From: an uncultured Spirochaetota bacterium
GTDB lineage: Bacteria; Spirochaetota; Spirochaetia; SZUA-6; Fen-1364
Assembly (NCBI GenBank): GCA_963845535.1
Contig: CAWJSK010000012.1
Coordinates: 608,001-672,000 of the forward strand
DNA: 64,000 nt
Reading direction: 5' to 3'
Part shown: one piece after another, positions 18,682 to 27,459 of the stretch
How positions within the stretch are numbered: the first letter of the stretch is position 1
Layout of the letters: every line of letters begins with the position of its first letter
Position numbers and translations under genes: made by a program
The notes under the pieces: model-generated
What the model was told of the DNA's origin: nothing
Seen by the model: the letters and a program-made list of their open reading frames with translations, nothing else
Database searches by the model: none

Positions 18682-19551
18682 ATGAGGGGAATGCAGGGAT
18701 CACGGGTGCTCACCAAGGTCACGCGATACCGCACGGAAGGGAAAAGACGCTCCACCTCCAACGCCTACAGGAGGAAGATCAGGAGTGCGCTTCTTTCCCT
18801 GACGCGCACCGTCATTCTCTGCGCCACTTCCGAGCAGGTGGATGCGGCCGCCGCGCTTGCGCAGCTCATCAGCGCCCAGGGCATGAACAATCGCAATTAC
18901 CTGCTTTTTCTCACGCTCCTGGAGACGAATAATCCCTTCGTGATCGATGTTCTTCTCGGAGAGCGAAACCCGTTCCTCCTGTTCTCTCCCATCAAGCCGA
19001 ACTGGTACTTGTTGAGGGAGACCTTCCGCATCCTCGCCAAGTACAAGGGAAATGAGCTGTCCGAAAAGGCCCTTCTTGCCTTCATGGGTGTGGTCCAGAA
19101 TGCGTACAAGGCCTCCAAGGACGGGTACAAGATCTATCCGCTCAGCCTGTCGGACGTGTACAGCATTGGCAAGCACCTGGACAAGGAAAGAGACCAGATA
19201 GAGCCGCGCAACCGTTTGCTTCTTGACATACTCTTCGACATCTACTACGTTGGCATCGACAGTGAGGATCGTGACACCATCCGCATAGGCATCAAGGCCA
19301 ACGATATCAGGATGGCATTCTTCGACAATACCAAGAAGATGGTGGACGCTCTTCCCAACGTGCTGCTTGTCAAGGATTCCGTACGGGCTCCGATTGGACC
19401 AAAGAGCTTTTCCTGGAGTCCGGAAGTAAGCAGAGAGAGCGCTGTTGCTGTCTCTGGTCCGAGTGAAAAACCGCCGGTACGAACGGCGAGGTCAAAGTCC
19501 CCCGTAAGAAAAAAACCAGCACAAAAGCGCGACGCAACACGGAAAAAATAA
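18682..19551 (+). CDS. Hypothetical protein, paralogue 1 of a five-gene array (basic N- and C-terminal extensions)
   Basis: Array motifs GMNNRNYLLFL..LETNNPFVIDVLLG..NPF, DGYKIYPL, IGKHLDK, NRLLLDIL, IRMAFFD. Confidence 0.85.
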   Translation: MRGMQGSRVLTKVTRYRTEGKRRSTSNAYRRKIRSALLSLTRTVILCATSEQVDAAAALAQLISAQGMNNRNYLLFLTLLETNNPFVIDVLLGERNPFLLFSPIKPNWYLLRETFRILAKYKGNELSEKALLAFMGVVQNAYKASKDGYKIYPLSLSDVYSIGKHLDKERDQIEPRNRLLLDILFDIYYVGIDSEDRDTIRIGIKANDIRMAFFDNTKKMVDALPNVLLVKDSVRAPIGPKSFSWSPEVSRESAVAVSGPSEKPPVRTARSKSPVRKKPAQKRDATRKK

Positions 19552-19557
19552 GTAAAT

Positions 19558-19586
19558 TTGACAACGTAGAGATGGACTCATAGAAT
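19558..19586 (+). promoter_or_regulatory. Near-consensus sigma70 promoter for paralogues 2-5
   Basis: TTGACA (19558-19563), 17 bp, TAGAAT (19581-19586). Confidence 0.8.
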
Positions 19587-19718
19587 CTCCTAGGGCATTG
19601 ACGGAGGAGCCGCGCCGGTGCACGGATGCGCGGAGTACGTGGCCCAAAGATGGAGGGCGGTCCTGGGAGGCGCGGAAATGTTCGGAACGCGCGCGCCAGG
19701 AATCGTGGGGAGATCGAA

Positions 19719-20429
19719 ATGCTTCAATTTCCCGTGTTGGAGTTCTGGAAAGAGGAAGATCTCTACAAACTGCAGGTGCAGGCCGTCTCACGGTTCATGA
19801 GATGCGACACGCCGCAGGCGGTGGAAGCGTCCCTGGAGTTCGCGCGCCACCTCAACAACCAGGGCCTCGATTCGGACAACTACCCCCTGTTCCTCGAAAT
19901 CCTCCGAAACGAAAACAGCTTCGTCACCGAAGCGCTCATCGGCAAGGAAAAGGCGTTCGACCTTTTCTCACGGGTGCAGCCCAACCCGTATATCGTCGGC
20001 TTTTGCTTCCAGGTGCTTCGCTCATACAAGCCGGGCGGGGTCAATGACCTCACGCTGGAGCTGATCTTCGGAATCCTGTATCGCGTGTACCACAGCGCAA
20101 AGGAAGGCAACGCGCTGCATCCGCTTTCGATCGAGGATGTGAACGCGGTTGGAAAGTTCCTGGACAAGGGAAAGCCGCAGACGGACCCCATCAACCGGTT
20201 CATCCTCGACATCCTGGCTGACATTTCCGAGTACCGATCCATAAACAATGAGGATCCCCGCGTGGACAAGAACGCCTCGCACGCCACGGCCATTCGAAAC
20301 GCCTTCTTCGACAGGAAGCGCGAAATGTCGAGCGTGATGCCGCCGGAAATCCTGGCGCGCGGAAACTACCTGGCAACCACCGTCAAGCCGAGAAAACAGA
20401 AATCCCTCGGCGCCACGAAATCGAGATAG
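19719..20429 (+). CDS. Hypothetical protein, paralogue 2
   Basis: GLDSDNYPLFL..NENSFVTEALIG, EGNALHPL, VGKFLDK, NRFILDIL, IRNAFFD. Start at ATG 19719 after GGGAG; an upstream ATG at 19626 is possible. Confidence 0.85.
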   Translation: MLQFPVLEFWKEEDLYKLQVQAVSRFMRCDTPQAVEASLEFARHLNNQGLDSDNYPLFLEILRNENSFVTEALIGKEKAFDLFSRVQPNPYIVGFCFQVLRSYKPGGVNDLTLELIFGILYRVYHSAKEGNALHPLSIEDVNAVGKFLDKGKPQTDPINRFILDILADISEYRSINNEDPRVDKNASHATAIRNAFFDRKREMSSVMPPEILARGNYLATTVKPRKQKSLGATKSR

Positions 20430-20441
20430 GAGGACGAAAAC

Positions 20442-21134
20442 ATGGCTCAGCTGGATGAGTTCAACAAGGAGGTGTGGTCCGATCAGTCGATCTTCCGCGT
20501 GGAAAACCACATCATCAACAACATCTTCGCGTGCCGCACGACGGACGCCGTAGAGGCGGCCATTACGTACGCCGCGTTCCTGCGAAAGAGCGGCCTCACG
20601 AACGAGAACTATCCCTTGTTCATGAAGCTGCTGGAAATGGAAAACCACTTCGTGATCGACTCCCTGCTGGGGACCACGGATCCGTTCCTGTTCCTGACCC
20701 CCATCCAGCCCACGAAGCACCTGGTGTCCACCTGCTTCCGCCTGCTCACCAACTGGCATCCGGGGGGAATCTACCCGAAGACCCTGGCAATCGTGATGGG
20801 CGCCCTGCAGTCTGCCTACAGCTACGCCAAGGACGGGTACAAGATTCACACCGTGACGATCAACGACATAAACAACCTGGGCAAGCACCTCAACAAGGAA
20901 AAGGGACAGGACGAGCCGGTCAACCGGGCCATCCTGGACATCCTGGACCGCCTTGCCTCCCTGGAAGGTCAGGGGGACTCCGAGATGGAGCTGCTGGCCC
21001 GCCAGTGCAACGTGATCCGCGGCAACTTCTTCGACAAGCGCCGCAAGATGGAAGACGCCATCCCCCAGGTGCTCCTCGTAAAGTCCGACTACCTCGTGAA
21101 AGAGGTCCTGCCGGGCAACGTTTTCCAGGATTGA
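20442..21134 (+). CDS. Hypothetical protein, paralogue 3
   Basis: GLTNENYPLFM..MENHFVIDSLLG..DPF, DGYKIH, LGKHLNK, NRAILDIL, IRGNFFD. Strong AGGAGG RBS. Confidence 0.9.
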   Translation: MAQLDEFNKEVWSDQSIFRVENHIINNIFACRTTDAVEAAITYAAFLRKSGLTNENYPLFMKLLEMENHFVIDSLLGTTDPFLFLTPIQPTKHLVSTCFRLLTNWHPGGIYPKTLAIVMGALQSAYSYAKDGYKIHTVTINDINNLGKHLNKEKGQDEPVNRAILDILDRLASLEGQGDSEMELLARQCNVIRGNFFDKRRKMEDAIPQVLLVKSDYLVKEVLPGNVFQD

Positions 21135-21153
21135 TGGAAAGGGAGATTAAACC

Positions 21154-22002
21154 ATGGTCATTCTGGACAGGACAAAGACCTACACCGCGACCGACATCGC
21201 GGCCATCGAGAACAAGATGCTGAGCGGGATCCTCGCGTGCCGCACCGTGGAGGCGGTGGAATCCGCCATCACCTACGCTCACTTCCTCAACAAGACAGGG
21301 CTTACCGCGGAGAACTATCCCCTGTTCATCAAGGTGCTGGAGATCGGAAACCACTGGGTCATCGACGCACTGATCGGCTCCCGGGACCCCTTCCTTTTCT
21401 TCAGCTCCATCCAGCCCAACACGCAGCTTCTCACCGCCGCGTTCAACCTCCTGGCGGAGAGACATCCCGGCGGGCTGTACGCAAAGTCCCTCTCCGTGGT
21501 CCTGGGGATCCTGCAGGCCGCGTACAACGTCCCCATCGACGGCTACAAGATCTATCCCTTGAGCGTCTCGGACCTCAACGCGCTGGGCAAGCACCTGGAC
21601 GAGGAAGCGGGGCAGGAAGACTCCCTCAACCGCTGCATCCTCGACATACTGGAGAAGGTGGCGCAGCTCGAGGGGCTTGATGCCACCAACCGAAGCATGG
21701 AAGAGGTGGCAATCCACTCGAACGAGATCCGCAACTTCTTCTTCGACACCACGAAGCACCTGAACGAGGTCATCCCGCCCGTGCTGCTGGCGCGCATGAG
21801 CTTCAAGGACTTCGAGATCCCGCCTCGCGGATCGATGGAGTTCACCAAGAGCAAGCTGGCGCAGGAAGACAAGATCGCCAAAGAGCAGATCAACATCCGC
21901 GTCACCTCGCGCGGGCAGTCAACGGCCAAGGAGCAGCCGGCACCGGCGGCCGCGGCCAAGAAGGAGCCTAACGGCTCCTCACCTCGGCGGAAGTCGACGT
22001 AA
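21154..22002 (+). CDS. Hypothetical protein, paralogue 4
   Basis: GLTAENYPLFI..GNHWVIDALIG..DPF, DGYKIYPL, LGKHLDE, NRCILDIL, IRNFFFD; low-complexity basic tail. Confidence 0.9.
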   Translation: MVILDRTKTYTATDIAAIENKMLSGILACRTVEAVESAITYAHFLNKTGLTAENYPLFIKVLEIGNHWVIDALIGSRDPFLFFSSIQPNTQLLTAAFNLLAERHPGGLYAKSLSVVLGILQAAYNVPIDGYKIYPLSVSDLNALGKHLDEEAGQEDSLNRCILDILEKVAQLEGLDATNRSMEEVAIHSNEIRNFFFDTTKHLNEVIPPVLLARMSFKDFEIPPRGSMEFTKSKLAQEDKIAKEQINIRVTSRGQSTAKEQPAPAAAAKKEPNGSSPRRKST

Positions 22003-22010
22003 CGCAATTG

Positions 22011-22041
22011 CAGGACCGCGGGGGCGCTCCCCGCGGTCCTG
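22011..22041 (+). other. Strong intergenic hairpin without a U-tract
   Basis: 13-bp perfect stem CAGGACCGCGGGG / CCCCGCGGTCCTG with a 5-nt loop, between paralogues 4 and 5. Confidence 0.7.
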
Positions 22042-22056
22042 GCATAGAGGACGCGC

Positions 22057-22761
22057 ATGGACATCCAAAAGATTAAAGACGAAGTGCGGGTGGGAAACAT
22101 CTCCCCTGAGGCAGTGGACTACCTGAAGCACCGGGCCATCACGGAAATCCTGGAAGGGAAATCGGTGTCCGCCGCAAACGCGCTCTGGGCTTACGCGAGC
22201 TTCCTCAACCGCTCGGGGATCACGGCCGACAATTACCCGCTGTACCTCAGCATGCTGGCAAGCAACAACCGCCACGCCGTCGACGCCCTTCTTGACGGCC
22301 ATGATCCCGAGCACTACCTGGACTGTGTGGTCCCCAACCCCTACATCGTGAAAGCCGTCTTCGAAACGTTCACGTCGCTCAAGGCAAACGAGATCTACGA
22401 GAAGTCGCTTCTCGTGTTCCTCGGGTTCCTCTCCAAGGTCTATTTCGCCGCTGAGGAGGGCTACCAGATGTACCCGGTAACCCCCGAGCATGTAAACTCC
22501 CTCGGCAAGTTCCTCGACAAGTCGCATGACCAGGAATGGCCGCTCAACCGCGGCATCCTGGACGTGCTGGGCACAATCGCGGACCTCGACAAGCCGCATG
22601 AGCCAGACGTGAAGAAACGCGACGTCGCGGCCCAAGCCGGGCGCATCCGCTCGGACTACTTCGACAATGCGCGGCGCCTGAACCAGTCCATTACCGAGGT
22701 GATACTGGAAAAGGCGAAGTCACCGAGCTTCGGGATTCCGCCCGAGCACATCTACGAGTAG
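22057..22761 (+). CDS. Hypothetical protein, paralogue 5
   Basis: GITADNYPLYL..NNRHAVDALLDG, EGYQMYPV, LGKFLDK, NRGILDVL, IRSDYFD. Confidence 0.88.
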   Translation: MDIQKIKDEVRVGNISPEAVDYLKHRAITEILEGKSVSAANALWAYASFLNRSGITADNYPLYLSMLASNNRHAVDALLDGHDPEHYLDCVVPNPYIVKAVFETFTSLKANEIYEKSLLVFLGFLSKVYFAAEEGYQMYPVTPEHVNSLGKFLDKSHDQEWPLNRGILDVLGTIADLDKPHEPDVKKRDVAAQAGRIRSDYFDNARRLNQSITEVILEKAKSPSFGIPPEHIYE

Positions 22762-22797
22762 GAACTGCCTCGCTTTCCGTCTCCGCGAAGCGCGGCT

Positions 22798-23715
22798 TCA
22801 TTTTTCCTTGTAGATATTGGTGAACGTGCTCCCCATGTCCTTGTACTTCTCTTTTCCCTTGACGACAGAGACTTTGGGGAACTGGCCGGCGAAATAGTCA
22901 TGCACATACTCGATGCGCTTGAGGATGTTGTCGGTGACGGTCTTTGCCAGCGCGGCGTGATCCGGCTGGAAGCGCAGGCATCCCTTGCACAGCTCGAGGA
23001 GCATCTTGCGCCCCACTTTCGCGAAGGCGTCGAAGCGCATGCCGAAGAACTCCATGTCGTAGCTCAGGAAGTGCTCGACCTTCAGCGGCGTGAGGTAGCG
23101 AGTTTTCTCAATGCGCTCCCATCCGAATGATTCGGCGCGGCCCTTGATCTTGGCGCCCGGGAAGAGCAGGTCCACATTGGAGAAATCGATGGCGATCACC
23201 ACCTGCTCTCCCCGTGATGTGTAGCGGATCATGTAGTTGTTGGGGTTCCTGTCCTCATCGCAGTAGATCCAGCGGTTCACGAGATCAAGGGCGAGCTGCT
23301 CCTTGAGCTGCGGGATGTCGGTGTAGTTGGCTCCGGTGAGCTGTTCCGCCTTGGTGATGATCTTGGCGGCCTTGTACAGCTCCCCGCCAATGCGCGTGAC
23401 GAGGGTGGGCGCGGAAATCGTCTTCGTGTAGAAGTCCAGGAAAAAGCAGATGGACCCCATTGCGGCCCCCAACGCGTCCTCCTCGGAGACTTTTTTCACG
23501 ATCCAGTGGTGTTGCGGGTCCGCCTTTTCCGCGGCGCCCACGTAGTCTCGCACCTCGGCAAAGAAGGGAATCTTCATGCCGGAATCGATCACGAGAAAGT
23601 CATCCTTGAGCAGGCGCTCCAGCAGGTCGGGATAGGTCGTGTCCGCGCACAGGAGATGGATGATGTCCTCATCGTAAAGGAAGGCGGTACGGTCCGTGTA
23701 GTCGAAATAGCTCAT
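22798..23715 (-). CDS. Atypical kinase of the PI3/PI4-kinase/HipA-like fold
   Basis: WIVK (ATP-binding Lys), DEDRNPNNYMI (DRH-x-x-N-like catalytic loop), VIAIDFS (DFG-like). Start at ATG 23715 after GGAG. Confidence 0.7.
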   Translation of the reverse strand: MSYFDYTDRTAFLYDEDIIHLLCADTTYPDLLERLLKDDFLVIDSGMKIPFFAEVRDYVGAAEKADPQHHWIVKKVSEEDALGAAMGSICFFLDFYTKTISAPTLVTRIGGELYKAAKIITKAEQLTGANYTDIPQLKEQLALDLVNRWIYCDEDRNPNNYMIRYTSRGEQVVIAIDFSNVDLLFPGAKIKGRAESFGWERIEKTRYLTPLKVEHFLSYDMEFFGMRFDAFAKVGRKMLLELCKGCLRFQPDHAALAKTVTDNILKRIEYVHDYFAGQFPKVSVVKGKEKYKDMGSTFTNIYKEK

Positions 23716-23758
23716 TGCGTCTGCTCCCGTTTGTCTCGCATTTTCGTCTTCTGCGTCC

Positions 23759-24709
23759 TCATTGGTAGTCGTCAAGAACGAAGTGCCGCGGCGCGATTGC
23801 AAGGTCCGCGTACTTCACCGTGTAGTTGAAAGAACCCTTCACGGAAATGTAGGGGCACTTCGTTTCCAGCGTGTCGTACAAGATCACGTGATGCCGGGTG
23901 CCCAGGGCATCGATCCAGATGGAATCCTCCTCCCCCCACTTCCACATGGGATTGTGGCCCACGAAGATGGGAATTTCAGGAGGGCATTCCAGGAGCTTGC
24001 GCGCCGCATCGAGGTCTTCCGGGCCATATTCCTTCATGCTGGGCGTGGACCGCGTCTCGTTCAGCCGGTTCCACGTGAGCTGCCAGACCAGGTTCTGGAA
24101 ATGCCGCACGTTCACCAGCTCCATCCTGGTCACCCCGCCCCGCGGCGGTCCTGCATGGACGGCCAGGAAGTGACGGTGGATCACGAACAGCGGGAGCCCG
24201 TCGAAGAAATCCTGCATGGCGCCGACGTACTGCTTTCCCCGGGCGGAGATGAGCGCGTCCCGGTACAGGAGTCCTTGTTGGATGCCCATCTTGGAGAGCT
24301 CCGGCTCGAACGAATCGTGGTTGCCGAGGAGATAGATGACGTTCTGCGGATAGTCGTTGATGAGACCGATGATGATGTCCATGGTCTCAATGGAGGACTC
24401 CATCTCATAAGCGAAACCGCTTCGGTCATTGTGAACGGCGTCCCCCAGGAACAGGATCACCGCCTTGTTCTGCTCCACTTTCTGAAGGTTCTTCTCGTGG
24501 TCGAGAATTGCGCGCAAGTTCTTGTGGTTTCCGTGGAGGTCCCCGATGATGATGAACTCCCGCTTCTCCCTTGCGGGGAACTCAATGAGCCCCCCCGGAC
24601 CGCCGTCCGAGGCGGGCGGGCGGAGAGCGCTGTCGAAAGCAAGGACATTGCGGACCGCGTCTCGCAGCCGCTTCAGATGATCCGCTTTGTGTGTGCTGGT
24701 TTTCGGCAA
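23759..24709 (-). CDS. Calcineurin-like metallophosphoesterase (PPP Ser/Thr phosphatase-like)
   Basis: IIGDLHG, FLGDAVHNDR, LLGNHD, FFDGLPL..LAVHAG, QLTW, VGHNP. Probable TTG start at 24709 after GGAGAG. Confidence 0.85.
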   Translation of the reverse strand: MPKTSTHKADHLKRLRDAVRNVLAFDSALRPPASDGGPGGLIEFPAREKREFIIIGDLHGNHKNLRAILDHEKNLQKVEQNKAVILFLGDAVHNDRSGFAYEMESSIETMDIIIGLINDYPQNVIYLLGNHDSFEPELSKMGIQQGLLYRDALISARGKQYVGAMQDFFDGLPLFVIHRHFLAVHAGPPRGGVTRMELVNVRHFQNLVWQLTWNRLNETRSTPSMKEYGPEDLDAARKLLECPPEIPIFVGHNPMWKWGEEDSIWIDALGTRHHVILYDTLETKCPYISVKGSFNYTVKYADLAIAPRHFVLDDYQ

Positions 24710-24776
24710 AGGGCGCTCTCCAAGGATGATTGCCGCCTCGTTGGCGCCCCCATAGTGGTGAGGAATCCCAGGAATG

Positions 24777-25346
24777 TCAACGCTGCGCGCTGGAGGTGCG
24801 CTTCCACTTGATCCCGCATCCAAGGCTTGCCCGCTGTTCCCCGGGAACCGGCTTGCCTGCCAGGACCGCGTCCAGGGCCCGGCGGAGATCCGAGCCTGTC
24901 ACGGGAATGTTGTTTCCCGGCCTGCTCCCGTCCATCTGGCCGCGGTAGACGAGCTTCCGCTTCGCGTCATAGAGAAAGAAGTCAGGCGTGCACGCGGCTT
25001 TGTACGCTTTCGCGACTTCCTGGCTTTCGTCATAGAGATACGGGAAGGTGTACCCGATCTCCCGGGCCACCTTTGCCATGGCCTCGGGGCCGTCATCAGG
25101 GTGGCTCGAGATATCATTTGAGCTGATTCCGACCACGGCCACCCCTTTGTCCTGATACTCCTTGACAAGAGTCGCAAGCGGTTTCTGAACGTGTTTCACG
25201 TACGGGCAGTGGTTGCACATGAAAATCACAAGAAGCGCCGGCGCCTGGCTGAAGTCCTCCCGGGAGGCCGTCCCGCCGCGGCAGTCAGGAAGAGAAAAGG
25301 CGGGCGCAACCGTGCCCAGCGCGGTCATGGTGGACGTCACGGCCAT
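24777..25346 (-). CDS. Thioredoxin-family / AhpC-TSA-like protein
   Basis: APAFSLPD, FMCNHCPYVKHV, ISSND, AACTPDFFLY, YRGQMD, GCGIKWK. Confidence 0.92.
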   Translation of the reverse strand: MAVTSTMTALGTVAPAFSLPDCRGGTASREDFSQAPALLVIFMCNHCPYVKHVQKPLATLVKEYQDKGVAVVGISSNDISSHPDDGPEAMAKVAREIGYTFPYLYDESQEVAKAYKAACTPDFFLYDAKRKLVYRGQMDGSRPGNNIPVTGSDLRRALDAVLAGKPVPGEQRASLGCGIKWKRTSSAQR

Positions 25347-25374
25347 AGGCGGTACTCCTTTCCCTCAAGGTTAC

Positions 25375-25713
25375 TCACGCCCCGACCAGCGCGTCCACCC
25401 GCGCCGCCATGATGAAGTCGTTCTCATGCAAGCCGTCGATTGCGTGGGTGAAAAAAGTGACCTTCAACCTCCCCCACGAGACAAGGAGATCAGGGTGATG
25501 CCCCTGGCTTTCAGCGATCTCCGCAATCCGGTTGGCCAACGCCATTGCCTGGCGGAAGTTCTTCAGTTTGATCTCGCGCTCCAGGTGGTGACCTTCCACG
25601 ACCTTCCATTCAGCGGAGATCTGCAGGCGCAGCTCTTCGATCCGGTCCTCCGCAAGGGGCGGGATGCCTCCCTTGCAAGGCACGCAATCCTGCCTGGCCA
25701 GCTCTCCGTTCAC
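25375..25713 (-). CDS. Pterin-4-alpha-carbinolamine dehydratase
   Basis: CVPCKGG, AESQGHHPDL, THAIDGLHENDFIMAARVD. GTG start at 25713. Confidence 0.9.
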   Translation of the reverse strand: MNGELARQDCVPCKGGIPPLAEDRIEELRLQISAEWKVVEGHHLEREIKLKNFRQAMALANRIAEIAESQGHHPDLLVSWGRLKVTFFTHAIDGLHENDFIMAARVDALVGA

Positions 25714-25762
25714 ACGTACGCCTCCCACGCGTACGCCTCCCGCGCGTTCGCCAGCTCCCGGC

Positions 25763-27337
25763 TCACACGTACGCCTCCCGCGGAGCGCGTGCCGGCTGCG
25801 CGGGGGCCGCTGAGCGCGGGAGGCTGACGGTGAAAGTGCTGCCCGCGCCAAGACCCGACTCCACGCTGATGAGCCCTCCGTTCAGCTCCACGAGCTCCTT
25901 GCAGAGGATGAGCCCCATTCCGTTCCCCCGCTCCTGGTCCGTGCCGAGGCTGGAAAAATGAGCGTCGATACGGAACAACCTTGCAAGGTCTTCCGGGCCG
26001 ATCCCGATGCCGGTGTCCCGGACGATCAGTTTCTCCCATTCCCCATGGGCCTCTGCGGTGATCACGACTTCCCCGCCGCGGGCAGTGAACTTGACGGCGT
26101 TGGACAGGAGGTTGCGCAGGATGGTTGCCAGCATGTTCTCATCAGCAAAAGCAACAGCCTCCCCGTCCACGCAGCAGCGGATGGTGACGCCCTTGCTGCC
26201 GGCCGCGCTTGCGTGAAGGGTCGCAATGCCTTCCGCCAACTCGGAAAGCTTCACGAGCGCAGGTCTCACTTCCAGCCTGCCCGTCTGCGCGCGAGCCCAC
26301 TGGAGAATGGCTTCCAGCAGCTCCGCCCCGCTTCTGGCGCCGTCATGCACGAGGCTGCACAACTCCCGAATCCTGGCGGGGGATAGCTGCTCGAACTTCT
26401 TTGCCAGGACCTCGGAGAGGGACAGGATGCCGGTCATCGGGTTTCGCAGGTCATGCGCCAGGATGGAGAAAAACCTGTCCTTGGAGATGTTCGCCTTGCG
26501 CAGATCGCTTTCGCTTTTTTCCAGGCGCGTCTTGGACGCCTCCAGCTCGGTAATCAGCTTTATGCGTCTTCGAACCTCAGAGGCAAAGAGAGCCTGGTAA
26601 GCAAGGTAAAAGGACCCGATCTTGAGATAATGGCCGATCAAGTTCTGGTAGCCATACGCGCTCACGTAGAGCGTAAACACCAGCTCCGCCGCTATGTTGA
26701 GAGCGAAAGCGGCTGCAAGGAGGTTGCGCTCCTGCTGCCCGATGGATGAGCTTTTGCCGTACAGCAGAAGGATGGACGCCGTCAAAATGACGCAGATCAC
26801 GTATTCACTTGCTTTCTTGAAAGGCGTCACCCCCTGGCCCTCCACGAAGCACAGCGGGAAGTTGTTCCACCAGAATATCGACGCGATTGCGAATGCCGTT
26901 GCAGCGCCGAGTGCGACAAAGGCGAGCCAGTTCGGGGCAATTCGACGCAACCGGACAAGCAGGACGAAGGCAAGCGTGACGAGGGCCTGCAGCCCTCGAG
27001 CAGCCACCCAGAGCTCCGTGGCGTAGTCGGTGCCGGACGGCAGCACAGCCATGCCGCTGTAGGTCAGCGTATGCAGCAGGTCCAGGATGGCGACGAACAG
27101 GTATCCGATGCCCAGGAAGACAAAAGGCCGCGTGGCCAGGTAGCTGCGCGAGCTCCAGGAGAACAGGAAGAGGGTGCACGCTACAGCAATGCTGAACATC
27201 TCCGCGACGCTGTGGAAGAGCAGGTACCCGTAACGGCTGATGAGCCAGAGCGCCGCGCCCACGGCAACAACCAGGACGAGCCCGCGGGTCGCCGAACGCC
27301 AGGGATGAGCCACAGGAGCGACAGCAAAGGCGTCCAT
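25763..27337 (-). CDS. MASE3-domain sensor histidine kinase
   Basis: YLLFHSVAEMFSI, DLLHTLTYSGM, LWVAAR, GVTPFKKASEY (MASE3); SILAHDLRNP, NLLSNAVKFT, DTGIG, GNGMGL. Confidence 0.92.
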   Translation of the reverse strand: MDAFAVAPVAHPWRSATRGLVLVVAVGAALWLISRYGYLLFHSVAEMFSIAVACTLFLFSWSSRSYLATRPFVFLGIGYLFVAILDLLHTLTYSGMAVLPSGTDYATELWVAARGLQALVTLAFVLLVRLRRIAPNWLAFVALGAATAFAIASIFWWNNFPLCFVEGQGVTPFKKASEYVICVILTASILLLYGKSSSIGQQERNLLAAAFALNIAAELVFTLYVSAYGYQNLIGHYLKIGSFYLAYQALFASEVRRRIKLITELEASKTRLEKSESDLRKANISKDRFFSILAHDLRNPMTGILSLSEVLAKKFEQLSPARIRELCSLVHDGARSGAELLEAILQWARAQTGRLEVRPALVKLSELAEGIATLHASAAGSKGVTIRCCVDGEAVAFADENMLATILRNLLSNAVKFTARGGEVVITAEAHGEWEKLIVRDTGIGIGPEDLARLFRIDAHFSSLGTDQERGNGMGLILCKELVELNGGLISVESGLGAGSTFTVSLPRSAAPAQPARAPREAYV

Positions 27338-27459
27338 GGCATCATTGTAGGCAGCGTTTGGCGTCCTGTAAAGATAAGAGATTCCGTACTTGGGGCGACC
27401 AGGGCCAGGCGGCCTGGGCCGGTTGACCAACGCAACGCGCGCGGCTAGCCTGGGAAGCA

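Noticed and set aside
18682..22761. Assigning the paralogues to known spirochaete filament or flagellar-sheath proteins (CfpA, FlaA, FcpA)
   Set aside because: I recognise no sequence similarity, and the absence of signal peptides argues against periplasmic sheath proteins; left unassigned.
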